Origin: a virus
Taxonomy: Duplodnaviria > Caudoviricetes
DNA length: 58,241 bases
Strand: one strand, 5' to 3'
Virus record (IMG/VR): IMGVR_UViG_3300046167_000364
Span: 1 to 58,241 of that record
Shown here: piece by piece, positions 1 to 9,277 of the stretch
How positions within the stretch are numbered: the first letter of the stretch is position 1
Layout of the letters: every line of letters begins with the position of its first letter
Program-made: the position numbers and the translations under genes
The notes under the pieces: model-generated
The model's database searches: none
What the model was told of the DNA's origin: nothing
What the model saw: the letters and a program-made list of their open reading frames with translations, nothing else

Positions 1-1
1 T

Positions 2-2359
2 ACTATCTCCGGCAACCTAACTACAGACGGAACCATTGATGGCCGTGATGTTGCTACAGATGGCGCTAAGTTAGATGGCATAGAAGCAAGTGCTACTGCT
101 GACCAAACAGCCGCAGAAATTCGTACACTGGTTGAATCAGCTACCGACTCTAACGTTTTTACTGACGCAGATCACAGCAAGCTAGACGGCATTGAGGCTA
201 GTGCTACAGCAGATCAAACAGACGCTGAGATTAGAGCCGCAGTAGAAGCCGCTACAGACTCTAATGTATTTACCGATGCTGACCACACTAAGTTGGACGG
301 TATCGAAGCCTCAGCAGACGTAACAGATACAGCTAACGTCACAGCCGCTGGTGCTTTGATGGACTCAGAGGTTACTAACCTTGCACAGGTTAAGGCTTTT
401 GACTCTTCTGATTACGCTACAGCCGCACAAGGCTCTACTGCTGACTCTGCATTGCAAAACGTAGTAGAAGACACTACGCCACAGCTAGGTGGTAATCTTG
501 CGTCTAACGGCAATGACATTCTGTTTGCTGACAATGACGCCTTAAGATTTGGTAGTGCTACGAACGGCGACCTAGTAATTAAGCATGACGGCAGTGATTC
601 TTCTATTGTAGACAGAGGTGATGGCGACTTATTAATTCAAGGCTCTACCAATGTAAAACTGCAAAACTTTACTGGGTCAAAAGACTACTTTGTAGGAAGC
701 AATGGTGGTGCATCTACTGTCTACTATGATGGGTCAGCCAAACTAGCCACAACCTCCACAGGCATCGACGTAACAGGCGTTATTACCACAGACGGTATGA
801 CTACCTCTGCTGATATTAACTTTGGTGACAACGACAAAGCTATCTTCGGTGCTGGCTCTGACCTTCAGATTTTCCATGATGGGTCTAATAGTTATGTTGC
901 TGACGTAGGCACAGGGAATCTTGTTTTGCAGGGTTCAAACTCCCTAGTTCTAGAAGCGGCTGACGGAACTAACTACATAGCGGCTGATGATGGAGGCTCA
1001 GTTTTTATATATCATCCTGACGCAACCAATGGAGTTAAGCTATCCACAACCTCCACAGGCATCAACGTAACTGGCACAGTTGTCAGCAATGGTGTTCAGT
1101 CTACAGATGGTGATATTAAAGTTACAACTTCAGGTTCTTTTGTTGGTTTTAATTCTCAACGAGCAGGGGTTCCAAGTTCTGGCGGCTATCAACTTGGAAG
1201 GCTGAACTTTGACGCTTATAGCACAGGTACAACATTTGTATCTGGAGCGTCGATACAATCATTTTCAGATGGTGCGGCTTGGACATCTTCCAGCACTCCT
1301 GCATACCTGTCTTTGCAAACAACGCCATCAGGAAGCACATCCTTAAAAGAAAGGCTTAAGATAGCCAACAACGGAGACATTAGCTTCTACGAAGATACTG
1401 GCACGACTGCGAAGTTGTTCTGGGATGCTTCTGCGGAGTCGTTGGGTATTGGCACTAGCAGTCCAGACTCTGCTTTAGTAGTTCAAGGCGGACAAGGAAC
1501 TTACGCACAAATAAAAGACGGAACAGTTACCACATTATTGCAAGCAAGAGGCCAAGATAGTATCGGCGTTGTTGGAACTTTATCTAACCATGGCTTTGGT
1601 TTTTTTACTAACTCAACAGAACGCATGCGTATCGACTCTAGCGGCAACTTGCTGGTTGGTAAGACTTCTACTACAGGAACAAGTGCCGCAGGTAGTGAGT
1701 TAAGAGCTAATGGTATTACTGTCCATAGCGTTACAAATAACCCTGCTTTGTTTTTGGGTAGATTAAGCAGTAACGGCACCATTGCAGAGTTTGCAAAAGA
1801 CGGCACCACAGTCGGTAGTATTGGTGTAGACAACAGCGACAACTTATTTATTAGTGGTGGCTCAGGTCATGGCGGTATTGAGTTTGGCACTAATGCGGTA
1901 ATACCCAGCTCTAATGGTGTAGCGGCTGATGCGACCGTTAAGTTAGGCAACGCAAACTATCGTTATACCGACCTTTACCTGTCAGGCGGTGTCTACCTAG
2001 GCGGCACAGGTTCAGCCAACAAGCTGGATGACTATGAAACTGGAACGTGGACGCCCGTAGCAAGTGGAACGTGGACAACCACTCCTACAAGTTTATCTGG
2101 TCGGTATATCAAAGTTGGCAATTTTGTTTGGATAGAAGCAAAAATGACTGGAGGAGCAAAAGCATCTGCCACATCAGGGTATTTAACTGGTCTTCCTTTT
2201 TCTACTAATAACAGCTTTGGAGGTACTGGCTCTGTTGTAGACTCAGCAGTGATTGAGCATGGTTCTTGTCTCTTTCAAAATACAGATAGAATCTGGCTTA
2301 CGGATACAGCCTTTGGAACGGGTACTGTATATATAACTGGAGGTTATGAAATAGCCTAA
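2..2359 (+). CDS. Tail fibre / receptor-binding protein, 5'-truncated by window edge
   Basis: Frame open from base 2; KLDGIEA repeats and GDNDKAIFG, ERMRIDSSGN, LDDYETGTW modules; N-terminus matches 32807 gene. Confidence 0.85.
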   Translation, partial: TISGNLTTDGTIDGRDVATDGAKLDGIEASATADQTAAEIRTLVESATDSNVFTDADHSKLDGIEASATADQTDAEIRAAVEAATDSNVFTDADHTKLDGIEASADVTDTANVTAAGALMDSEVTNLAQVKAFDSSDYATAAQGSTADSALQNVVEDTTPQLGGNLASNGNDILFADNDALRFGSATNGDLVIKHDGSDSSIVDRGDGDLLIQGSTNVKLQNFTGSKDYFVGSNGGASTVYYDGSAKLATTSTGIDVTGVITTDGMTTSADINFGDNDKAIFGAGSDLQIFHDGSNSYVADVGTGNLVLQGSNSLVLEAADGTNYIAADDGGSVFIYHPDATNGVKLSTTSTGINVTGTVVSNGVQSTDGDIKVTTSGSFVGFNSQRAGVPSSGGYQLGRLNFDAYSTGTTFVSGASIQSFSDGAAWTSSSTPAYLSLQTTPSGSTSLKERLKIANNGDISFYEDTGTTAKLFWDASAESLGIGTSSPDSALVVQGGQGTYAQIKDGTVTTLLQARGQDSIGVVGTLSNHGFGFFTNSTERMRIDSSGNLLVGKTSTTGTSAAGSELRANGITVHSVTNNPALFLGRLSSNGTIAEFAKDGTTVGSIGVDNSDNLFISGGSGHGGIEFGTNAVIPSSNGVAADATVKLGNANYRYTDLYLSGGVYLGGTGSANKLDDYETGTWTPVASGTWTTTPTSLSGRYIKVGNFVWIEAKMTGGAKASATSGYLTGLPFSTNNSFGGTGSVVDSAVIEHGSCLFQNTDRIWLTDTAFGTGTVYITGGYEIA

Positions 2360-2362
2360 TTA

Positions 2363-2382
2363 TCTCAAGTGGATTCTTGAGA
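2363..2382 (+). promoter_or_regulatory. Conserved intergenic hairpin after tail fibre
   Basis: TCTCAAG-tggatt-CTTGAGA; same element at 35970-35989. Confidence 0.55.
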
Positions 2383-2402
2383 CGGACTAAAGGAGAAAGA
2401 CA

Positions 2403-2630
2403 ATGGCATTAACTAAAAGCGTAACAGCAGACAAAGTAGAAGTAGTCACATCACAAGACGAGGACGGCAACGACGTAACCTCTGTTCAAGTACGGACTGC
2501 TACTAAGGTACTCGAAGACGGTGCTGTAATTTCACAGTCGTATCACCGTCATGTAATTCAGTCAGGTGACGATTGGTCATCTGAACCCTCTAACGTGCAG
2601 GATATCTGCAACGCAGTATTTGGAGCATAA
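2403..2630 (+). CDS. Small tail-fibre-associated protein
   Basis: AAGGAG RBS; conserved with 36010-36222; position after fibre. Confidence 0.75.
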   Translation: MALTKSVTADKVEVVTSQDEDGNDVTSVQVRTATKVLEDGAVISQSYHRHVIQSGDDWSSEPSNVQDICNAVFGA

Positions 2631-2632
2631 CA

Positions 2633-2950
2633 ATGGCTACATGGACTATCGCAAACCTTGAGCGTAACGTGGCAGACGGCGGTGTAACCGTTGCACACTG
2701 GCGTGTTACTGAATCTGAAACTGTTGGTACTGGCGATGACGCTGTGACCTACTCTGCATCCTCATACGGCACTGTAGGCTTTACACCTGACGCTGATGCT
2801 GACGGCTTTGTAGCTTACGATGACCTTACTGAGTCTGCTGTACTGGCATGGGTACACGAGTCAGTCGATCAAGACGCTACTGAGGCGGCGCTAACAGCCA
2901 ACATCGAAGCACAGAAAAACCCTGTGTCTGCTGATGGTATGCCTTGGTAA
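2633..2950 (+). CDS. Small tail-fibre-associated protein (C-terminal GMPW)
   Basis: Near-identical to 36225-36530. Confidence 0.75.
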   Translation: MATWTIANLERNVADGGVTVAHWRVTESETVGTGDDAVTYSASSYGTVGFTPDADADGFVAYDDLTESAVLAWVHESVDQDATEAALTANIEAQKNPVSADGMPW

Positions 2951-2953
2951 ATC

Positions 2954-3592
2954 ATGCGTTTACTTGCCCTCTTTCTTGCGGTTCTGCCGTTATATGCCTT
3001 TGCGCAAATGCCGACAGAAACGCAGGACAGGGAGCCTGGACAAACTGAGGGGTCATCGAACATTGAAGGTGACCTTAATACGATCAACAGTAACAACGGC
3101 GAAACGGTAATTAACCAAGGAGCTGGAGCAGGTAGGCAGATGCCAGCTAGTAGCGCGATAAGCCCAAGCCTTATGAGTAACGGGCAACAGTCGTGCTTAA
3201 AGTCAATCTCAGGCGGTGTGCAGATGATTGGCTTTGGGGTGTCATCAGGTAAGTACTTGCAGGACGAGGAGTGTAATAGAAGGCTAAACGCGATAACGCT
3301 ATCTAACATGGGCATGAAAGTAGCGAGCGTAAGCTTAATGTGTCAGAACGCGCAGGTATGGAGAGCGATGTTTATGTCTGCTACGCCATGCCCGATCATT
3401 AAGGGGGGAAAGTTATTAGTTGGTAAAAGAGCGTTATTGGAGGTTAAGTCAAATCCTACGTTGTGGATTCCTGACTACGAAGATAACCAAGTGTTTTACG
3501 ACCAACTACTAACAGGAGATGGTAATGATGAAGCTGAAGAGTCTGGCAGTCTTAGTGATCGCTTCCGCACCAACAAGCGCGAACGAGATTGA
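2954..3592 (+). CDS. Exported protein with Cys-bounded amphipathic beta-hairpin
   Basis: Signal peptide MRLLALFLAVLPLYAFA; SAISP...C...C...MGMKVA.VS.MCQ...TPCP shared with 36662-37234. Confidence 0.8.
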   Translation: MRLLALFLAVLPLYAFAQMPTETQDREPGQTEGSSNIEGDLNTINSNNGETVINQGAGAGRQMPASSAISPSLMSNGQQSCLKSISGGVQMIGFGVSSGKYLQDEECNRRLNAITLSNMGMKVASVSLMCQNAQVWRAMFMSATPCPIIKGGKLLVGKRALLEVKSNPTLWIPDYEDNQVFYDQLLTGDGNDEAEESGSLSDRFRTNKRERD

Positions 3593-4373
3593 TAACTTGG
3601 TTAATAACTCGCAAGCCTTACGGGATACGTTTAAGTACGGTATCCAAGCTATTGGTGGTATGTGGGATTATGCTGACATTGGCGGCATTGCCCCTACTGG
3701 CACAGTTGATCCGGGATTGATTACTAAGGCCAAGCAAGATGCGTACAACAATGCGGTGCTTCAGTTTCAAAATGCTAATTACACATGGGATCCTAATGCC
3801 GACCAATACTTCCAAGACCAATCTCAGCAAGCCATGAATAACTTAGGCCAAGTTGTTGATGACTACGTTGATGCGGCGGTTGCTTTAATTGAAGTGGTCA
3901 CAGTTAACGAGATGGCCCAAGACGCTCAACAGGCACCTGACTCTCGTGAGGCTATTGCTTTGCAAGAGTACATGGATTCAAACGATGTGCTTCTTGATGA
4001 CCAAGAGGTTGATACATACAACGAATCTTTGCAGGCAGTAGAAGAAGCGGCACAGACAGCGGCGGCATACATGGCAGTAGCTAACAACCCAGAGTTAATA
4101 GAGTCAGCTAACGATTCTGCTTATGCGATGAACGTAACGTATGAAGAATCTCAGACATCATTCTTTGATGCGACGACAGGCATATTGACGGTTGAGTGGG
4201 CAGGACAGGATGCAACTATGTCGGCATCGCTTAATCTTGCAGGCTACTTTAAAACCAATGCAGACATCATTGATCTAGGCGAAGAATCAACATTCTTTAT
4301 TACTAGCCCCGAGGGTGGTTGTTGGTTTATCCAAGATCCAGCAGAACGGGAGACATGCTTGTATGGCTCTTGA
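3525..4373 (+). CDS. Exported acidic hypothetical protein (start 3525 or 3528)
   Basis: AGGAG at 3514-3518; signal peptide MKLKSLAVLVIASAPTSA; C-terminal Cys pair. Confidence 0.75.
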   Translation: MMKLKSLAVLVIASAPTSANEIDNLVNNSQALRDTFKYGIQAIGGMWDYADIGGIAPTGTVDPGLITKAKQDAYNNAVLQFQNANYTWDPNADQYFQDQSQQAMNNLGQVVDDYVDAAVALIEVVTVNEMAQDAQQAPDSREAIALQEYMDSNDVLLDDQEVDTYNESLQAVEEAAQTAAAYMAVANNPELIESANDSAYAMNVTYEESQTSFFDATTGILTVEWAGQDATMSASLNLAGYFKTNADIIDLGEESTFFITSPEGGCWFIQDPAERETCLYGS

Positions 4374-4896
4374 AGATTTAGAAGTAAACGTCGGCGGGAC
4401 GTCTATCAAAGGCGTTTGGATTGCCATTGTGTTTACGTTTGGCTCAACAATTGGTGGCGGTATCTGGGCGGCGTCTCAGTTCTTTTCTCAGCTTAATGAA
4501 CAAAGCGAAGCTGTTATTGCCGCTACTGCCCAAGCTGAAGCACTGGCAACACGCTTTAATGACCTGCGCGAATCTAACTCTATTCGCTTACAGGATATGG
4601 ATAAGAAGTTATCCAACATGGAACAGGCTATGACAGCGGCAGATGTAGAGAATCTGCAAGGCAAGTTGTCAGAGCTGGGGGCTAACCTTATGCAGATCAT
4701 GGATGCACAGAAAGAACTGTTAGATATACGTGATCGGATAGCCAGCGTAGAAAAAACATCGAGCGAGTCAGAGCTGAAGGTAGCCACAAAATTAGAAAGC
4801 TTGAGCACGCTAGATGCCAGGCTTAAAAGATTCGAGCGTGATATGGATGATCTTTGGACAGCCATAGACGCCACTAATCCACTAGGAGGAAACTAA
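4363..4896 (+). CDS. N-terminal membrane anchor plus long coiled coil, C-terminal NPL motif (i-spanin-like topology)
   Basis: TM segment VWIAIVFTFGSTIGGGIWAA; heptads; positional analogue 39330-39836 also ends in NPL. Confidence 0.7.
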   Translation: MALEDLEVNVGGTSIKGVWIAIVFTFGSTIGGGIWAASQFFSQLNEQSEAVIAATAQAEALATRFNDLRESNSIRLQDMDKKLSNMEQAMTAADVENLQGKLSELGANLMQIMDAQKELLDIRDRIASVEKTSSESELKVATKLESLSTLDARLKRFERDMDDLWTAIDATNPLGGN

Positions 4897-5102
4897 TGGG
4901 TACCGCTGAAGAGGCTTTAAAGCGAATAGAAGTTCATCAGGCAGAGTGCGAGATTCTTCGTAAGTCTATTGATGACCGTTTAGATCGTATTGAAAAGCGG
5001 CTTGATGATGGCGGTGACCGGTTTACTCGTGTTGAACGATTAATTTTTGGGAATAGCTTACTGATTGTTGGCTTCCTCAAAGGCATGGAGTATCTCTCGT
5101 GA
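4896..5102 (+). CDS. Small coiled-coil protein with C-terminal TM helix (lysis-associated)
   Basis: AGGAGG RBS; conserved with 39836-40042; directly before holin. Confidence 0.7.
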   Translation: MGTAEEALKRIEVHQAECEILRKSIDDRLDRIEKRLDDGGDRFTRVERLIFGNSLLIVGFLKGMEYLS

Positions 5103-5575
5103 ACTTCGATAAGATCAAAGGATTGGTAGGTGAGCTTGCTCCTACCCTTGGAGCGGCTCTAGGAGGCCCTGTAGGCGGTGCGGCGGCCAGTATGCTTGCT
5201 GACGTACTAGGTTGCGATCCCACGCCTCAGAAGCTAAATAAGGCGCTCTCACAGGCTACTCCAGAACAGCTAGCAGAAATCAAGAAAGCTGAACTTGACT
5301 TTGAAGTCAGGATGAAAGAGCTTGAAGTTGATGTATTCGCGTTAGAAACGAAGGATATACAACATGCTAGGGAATCATTCTCAGAGGATTGGACGGCACG
5401 ATCTATCGCTATTATTTCTATACTTCTGTTTGGCGGATATGTGTTTCTCGTAACGCTTCAACCTGCCGATGATAATGACTTGAATGTAGTCAATCTTGTT
5501 CTCGGATACTTGGGTGGCATCGTGTCTTCTGTGGTTAGCTTCTACTTCGGTGCTAGTAAGTCAGGGTCTAAGTAA
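5099..5575 (+). CDS. Putative holin (GTA-type 3TM family-like)
   Basis: LAPTLGAALGGPVGG N-terminus, two C-terminal TM helices, FYFG end; GTG start. Confidence 0.7.
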   Translation: MNFDKIKGLVGELAPTLGAALGGPVGGAAASMLADVLGCDPTPQKLNKALSQATPEQLAEIKKAELDFEVRMKELEVDVFALETKDIQHARESFSEDWTARSIAIISILLFGGYVFLVTLQPADDNDLNVVNLVLGYLGGIVSSVVSFYFGASKSGSK

Positions 5576-5584
5576 GGAATTATC

Positions 5585-8500
5585 ATGGCTAAAAAATTAC
5601 CCCCTACAAAAGGTATGCTTACAGACGGAAATACAGGATTACCTCCTGCTGATGGAAGGGCCGATATGAGATCAGCAGAAGAAATAAATGAAGCTCAACG
5701 CCTTCTTGATGCCTTTCTTACTGGCGAAGGCATGGCTGAAGCGGCTTATTCTTTATGGGCTGAAGAAACGCTTGACGAGATTTTAGACCGAGTAATGGCC
5801 CAAAACACTCAGATTGCTCCTGCTGATAGAGAAACAGTTAGGGGTAACTTGGGGTTTGTGGTTGAGCAAGCAAGAAACGAAGCTCAAAACATTGTTGACA
5901 CTATGGTTAACAATCCAGAAGAGCTTGCGGATATGGAAGATCCGGGGGTTTTAGTTACTAGCATTTTAGAGACTAACGCTCTTGGTTTGCTTGGCCCATC
6001 TGGAGCATCCCCTGTATCAACAACACCTCAAGGTATTGTGCTTCCCGGAGGCGCTGGCGTAACAATTGACTTTGAAGAGCTTGGGTCAATTAGCGATATA
6101 AACCTTGAAGCAATATTTGAGAAACTAAAAGGCTACCTCCCTGGCATTAGCCTTCCTAGCTGGCTACCTAGTGCTGGGGTTATTTTCATTCCTGATCTTC
6201 AAGACAAGATACGTCAAGTTGATGAAGCAATAGGCGGAGTCATTGATTCTGTAAGCGGTGTTCTTGAGAGCGAGGAAGATGTTCAGGGCGTGCTTGATGC
6301 TATAGGTGGTGTCATTGGCGAGGTATTTGACGCTGTTGTTTATAATGAAGAGGCTACAACAGAAGAAGAAGAAGGCATTCTTCAAAGCGCAGTTGGTAGT
6401 ATTTTTGATGTAATTAATGGTGTATTAGAAGGCACTGCTGATAGCTCAACAATAGGCACGATTATTGGCGGTGTAGCTACTTCCGTTCTTGGAACAAGCC
6501 TTCCTAACTGGTTGCCGGGAGTTTTGACAACCGTCTTTACGCCCGGTAGCCCCGTAATTTCTACGGTTCAACAAGTGTTATCTGACATGGGCATTACGCT
6601 TCCTTTTACCGAAGAAGAGGAAGAAGTAGATATCAATGAAGACGACACCACGTATATTGACGACACCATAAAAGCAAATATTAAATTTCCTGAAGAACCA
6701 GAACCAGAACCAGAACCCGAGCCAGAGCCAGAAACTGGGCCAGTAAAGGGAGATCCAATAAAGCAGGCTCCTTTAGATCCTGATGAGTCTATTGTAGAAG
6801 ATTTATTCTCAGACATTATTGGCCAGACAGAGGCCAACATTCTCCAGGCTATTGCAGATGCTGGTTATGCAACTCCGCAAGATGTAGTTGATGCAATTAG
6901 CGAGGCCGGGTTATTAACAGCAGAGAGCCTAGCCACCACCTTGGCTAACGCTGGTTTCGCTACACCCGAGGATATCGGCACTGCACTGGCTAATGCTGGT
7001 TTTGCTACACCTCAAGACATTTCAGATGCCTTGTCAGCGGCTGGCTTCGCCACGCCTGAAGACTTAGCTACAGCACTTTCTAATGCAGGGTATGCAACGC
7101 CAGAAGATTTAGTTACAGCATTGTCTGAAACAGGCTTTGCTACTCCTGAAGACATTGCTACCGCCTTAACAAATGCAGGTTTAGTTACACCTCAAGATCT
7201 TGCAGATGCGTTTGATGCCGCAGGATTAGCAACACCGCAGGATGTTATCGACGCTATCTCTGCCGCAGGTTTAGCAACGCCTCAAGACATTGTTGATGCC
7301 TTAGACGCCTTTGGATTTACTGAGGCACAGCTAGAACAAATTGCAGGCGCACTGCCGGAAGGTTTGACAACTGACCAACTAAACACCGCACTGAACGATG
7401 CGCTAGCTGGCATTGCTACAGGCACAGATCTTGATACTGCCACTACAACCATTACGGACGCTATTAGCGGCTTAGATATTGCTTCAGCTCAAGATGTCAG
7501 AGATGCACTTGCTGAGTTTAATTTTACTGAAGACCAACTAAACCAAATCATTAATGCTTTGCCGGAAGGATTAAGTACAGATGATTTAACTACTGCCCTT
7601 AGTGATGTAGTTGTAGGCGACGATTTAACTGCCGCTGTTACAACAATTACTGATGCAATTGGTGGTTTAGATATAGCAAGCCCGGATGACATTAGGAACA
7701 TCCTTTCTAACTATGGGTTTACTGATGCACAGCTACAGCAAATTGTTGGTGCATTACCAGAAGGCTTGTCTCTTGAAGATGTAACCGGCGCACTAGAAAC
7801 GGCAATGTCAGGTATTGCGTTAGGAACTGATATTGATTCAGCTACTAACACTATTACTGACGCCATTAGTGGATTAGCTTTTGCTACACCAGAAGATGTT
7901 GCTAACGCACTTGCTAACTTTGGCTTTAGTGAGGATCAGCTAAACCAAATTGCCGGAGTTATTCCTGAGGGTTTAAGTCTTAATGATTTAAATAACGCGC
8001 TTGGCAATGCTTTATCTGGCATTGCGCTGGGCACTGACCTTGATACTGCAACATCCACGATTACGGATGCTATTGGCGGCCTTAGCTTTGCAACAGCTCA
8101 AGATGTCCAAGACGCTCTTACTGCATTTAACTTTACTGAAAGCCAGCTCAATCAAATCTCTGGATTGCTTCCTGACAACTTAACTCAAACGCAAGTACAA
8201 AACTTATTAACTACTTCGTTAAGCGGTGTTTCAACGCAAGAAAATGTAGATGAGGCTTTTGCAACACTAACTACTAACTTAACTACTAATTTAGGCGAGC
8301 TTGCTGAAGGCCAAGAAGAAATTCTTACAGGGCAAGAAGGTTTGTTTGGTGGGCAACAAGACATCCTTACAGGCGTTGGTGAAGAAAGCCAAAGGCTAGA
8401 AGACATCATTATGTCTAGCACTGGGTTGCTTGCGGCGATTGGTGCGGGTGGCCTTGGTGGCGCACCTTCTAGATCTAGACCACAGCCATATAGACCCTAT

Positions 8501-8632
8501 ATGGAAAAGCTAGATTATGCGCCAGGCATGGTTGAGGCGTTAAAACCGCAACAGCAGGTAGACTACAACAAGGAAGTCGATAGGCTTTTAACAATGGGAA
8601 TGGGTGGTAGAAAACAGGGAATGCTTGTATGA
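5585..8632 (+). CDS. Giant hyper-acidic repeat protein (1015 aa)
   Basis: PE linker, ten 15-aa AGxATPxD repeats, five 65/69-aa repeats (last partial). Confidence 0.85.
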   Translation: MAKKLPPTKGMLTDGNTGLPPADGRADMRSAEEINEAQRLLDAFLTGEGMAEAAYSLWAEETLDEILDRVMAQNTQIAPADRETVRGNLGFVVEQARNEAQNIVDTMVNNPEELADMEDPGVLVTSILETNALGLLGPSGASPVSTTPQGIVLPGGAGVTIDFEELGSISDINLEAIFEKLKGYLPGISLPSWLPSAGVIFIPDLQDKIRQVDEAIGGVIDSVSGVLESEEDVQGVLDAIGGVIGEVFDAVVYNEEATTEEEEGILQSAVGSIFDVINGVLEGTADSSTIGTIIGGVATSVLGTSLPNWLPGVLTTVFTPGSPVISTVQQVLSDMGITLPFTEEEEEVDINEDDTTYIDDTIKANIKFPEEPEPEPEPEPEPETGPVKGDPIKQAPLDPDESIVEDLFSDIIGQTEANILQAIADAGYATPQDVVDAISEAGLLTAESLATTLANAGFATPEDIGTALANAGFATPQDISDALSAAGFATPEDLATALSNAGYATPEDLVTALSETGFATPEDIATALTNAGLVTPQDLADAFDAAGLATPQDVIDAISAAGLATPQDIVDALDAFGFTEAQLEQIAGALPEGLTTDQLNTALNDALAGIATGTDLDTATTTITDAISGLDIASAQDVRDALAEFNFTEDQLNQIINALPEGLSTDDLTTALSDVVVGDDLTAAVTTITDAIGGLDIASPDDIRNILSNYGFTDAQLQQIVGALPEGLSLEDVTGALETAMSGIALGTDIDSATNTITDAISGLAFATPEDVANALANFGFSEDQLNQIAGVIPEGLSLNDLNNALGNALSGIALGTDLDTATSTITDAIGGLSFATAQDVQDALTAFNFTESQLNQISGLLPDNLTQTQVQNLLTTSLSGVSTQENVDEAFATLTTNLTTNLGELAEGQEEILTGQEGLFGGQQDILTGVGEESQRLEDIIMSSTGLLAAIGAGGLGGAPSRSRPQPYRPYMEKLDYAPGMVEALKPQQQVDYNKEVDRLLTMGMGGRKQGMLV

Positions 8633-9276
8633 CATACCTCAACTTAATGAATAATGTTCTTCGCCGTTTGCGTGAAGAAGAAGTAACAAGCGTTACTGCT
8701 ACCACTTACTCAAAGATGGTTAGCGACTACATTAATGACGCAAAGAAAATGGTTGAAGAGGCTACAGACTGGTCTGCTCTTCGAGAAACAATCATCGTAA
8801 CAACAGCCGCATCTGACAATACCTATTCACTTACAGGTGCTGGCAACAATGTCAAAGTAATGTCAGTAATCAATGATACTCAAAACTGCTTCATGGAGTA
8901 TCAGACTAAAGATTGGTTTAACGATGCGCTGTACATCGCTAATGCTGTAGAGGGTGCGCCTAAATACTTTACCTATAACAGCGTTGATGGGAGCGGTGAT
9001 ACTCAGGTGTTAGTTGGCCCTACACCAGATGGCGTCTATACGCTTCGATTTGATGTAGTCAAAAGACAAGCCGATCTATCTAGCAACACTGACACCCTTT
9101 TAGTTCCTGCAATGCCTGTTGTTCATTTGACGGTAGCATTGCTTGCGCGTGAGCGTGGCGAGACAGGCGGTACTTCTGCCGCTGAATACTTCGCCGTTGC
9201 TGACAGGTTCTTATCTGACGCTGTCGCTATAGACGCGGCCAAGCATCCAGAAGAGATGGTATTTAGGACAATTTAA
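8629..9276 (+). CDS. Tail adaptor / tubular protein A-like
   Basis: MTYLNLMNNVLRRLRE start typical of podovirus adaptors; position before nozzle. Confidence 0.7.
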   Translation: MTYLNLMNNVLRRLREEEVTSVTATTYSKMVSDYINDAKKMVEEATDWSALRETIIVTTAASDNTYSLTGAGNNVKVMSVINDTQNCFMEYQTKDWFNDALYIANAVEGAPKYFTYNSVDGSGDTQVLVGPTPDGVYTLRFDVVKRQADLSSNTDTLLVPAMPVVHLTVALLARERGETGGTSAAEYFAVADRFLSDAVAIDAAKHPEEMVFRTI

Positions 9277-9277
9277 T

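Noticed and set aside
1-216. Direct terminal repeat or simple duplication
   Set aside because: The match lies mid-gene and decays into a different allele; the second unit is a different genome.
2-2359. Diversity-generating retroelement or invertase shufflon acting on the fibre
   Set aside because: No reverse transcriptase or recombinase seen; A/B differences are not adenine-specific and there are no inverted cassettes.
6164-8705. Antisense ORFs over the repeat protein and other structural genes
   Set aside because: Shadow frames of biased coding sequence; their recurrence in B only reflects DNA identity.
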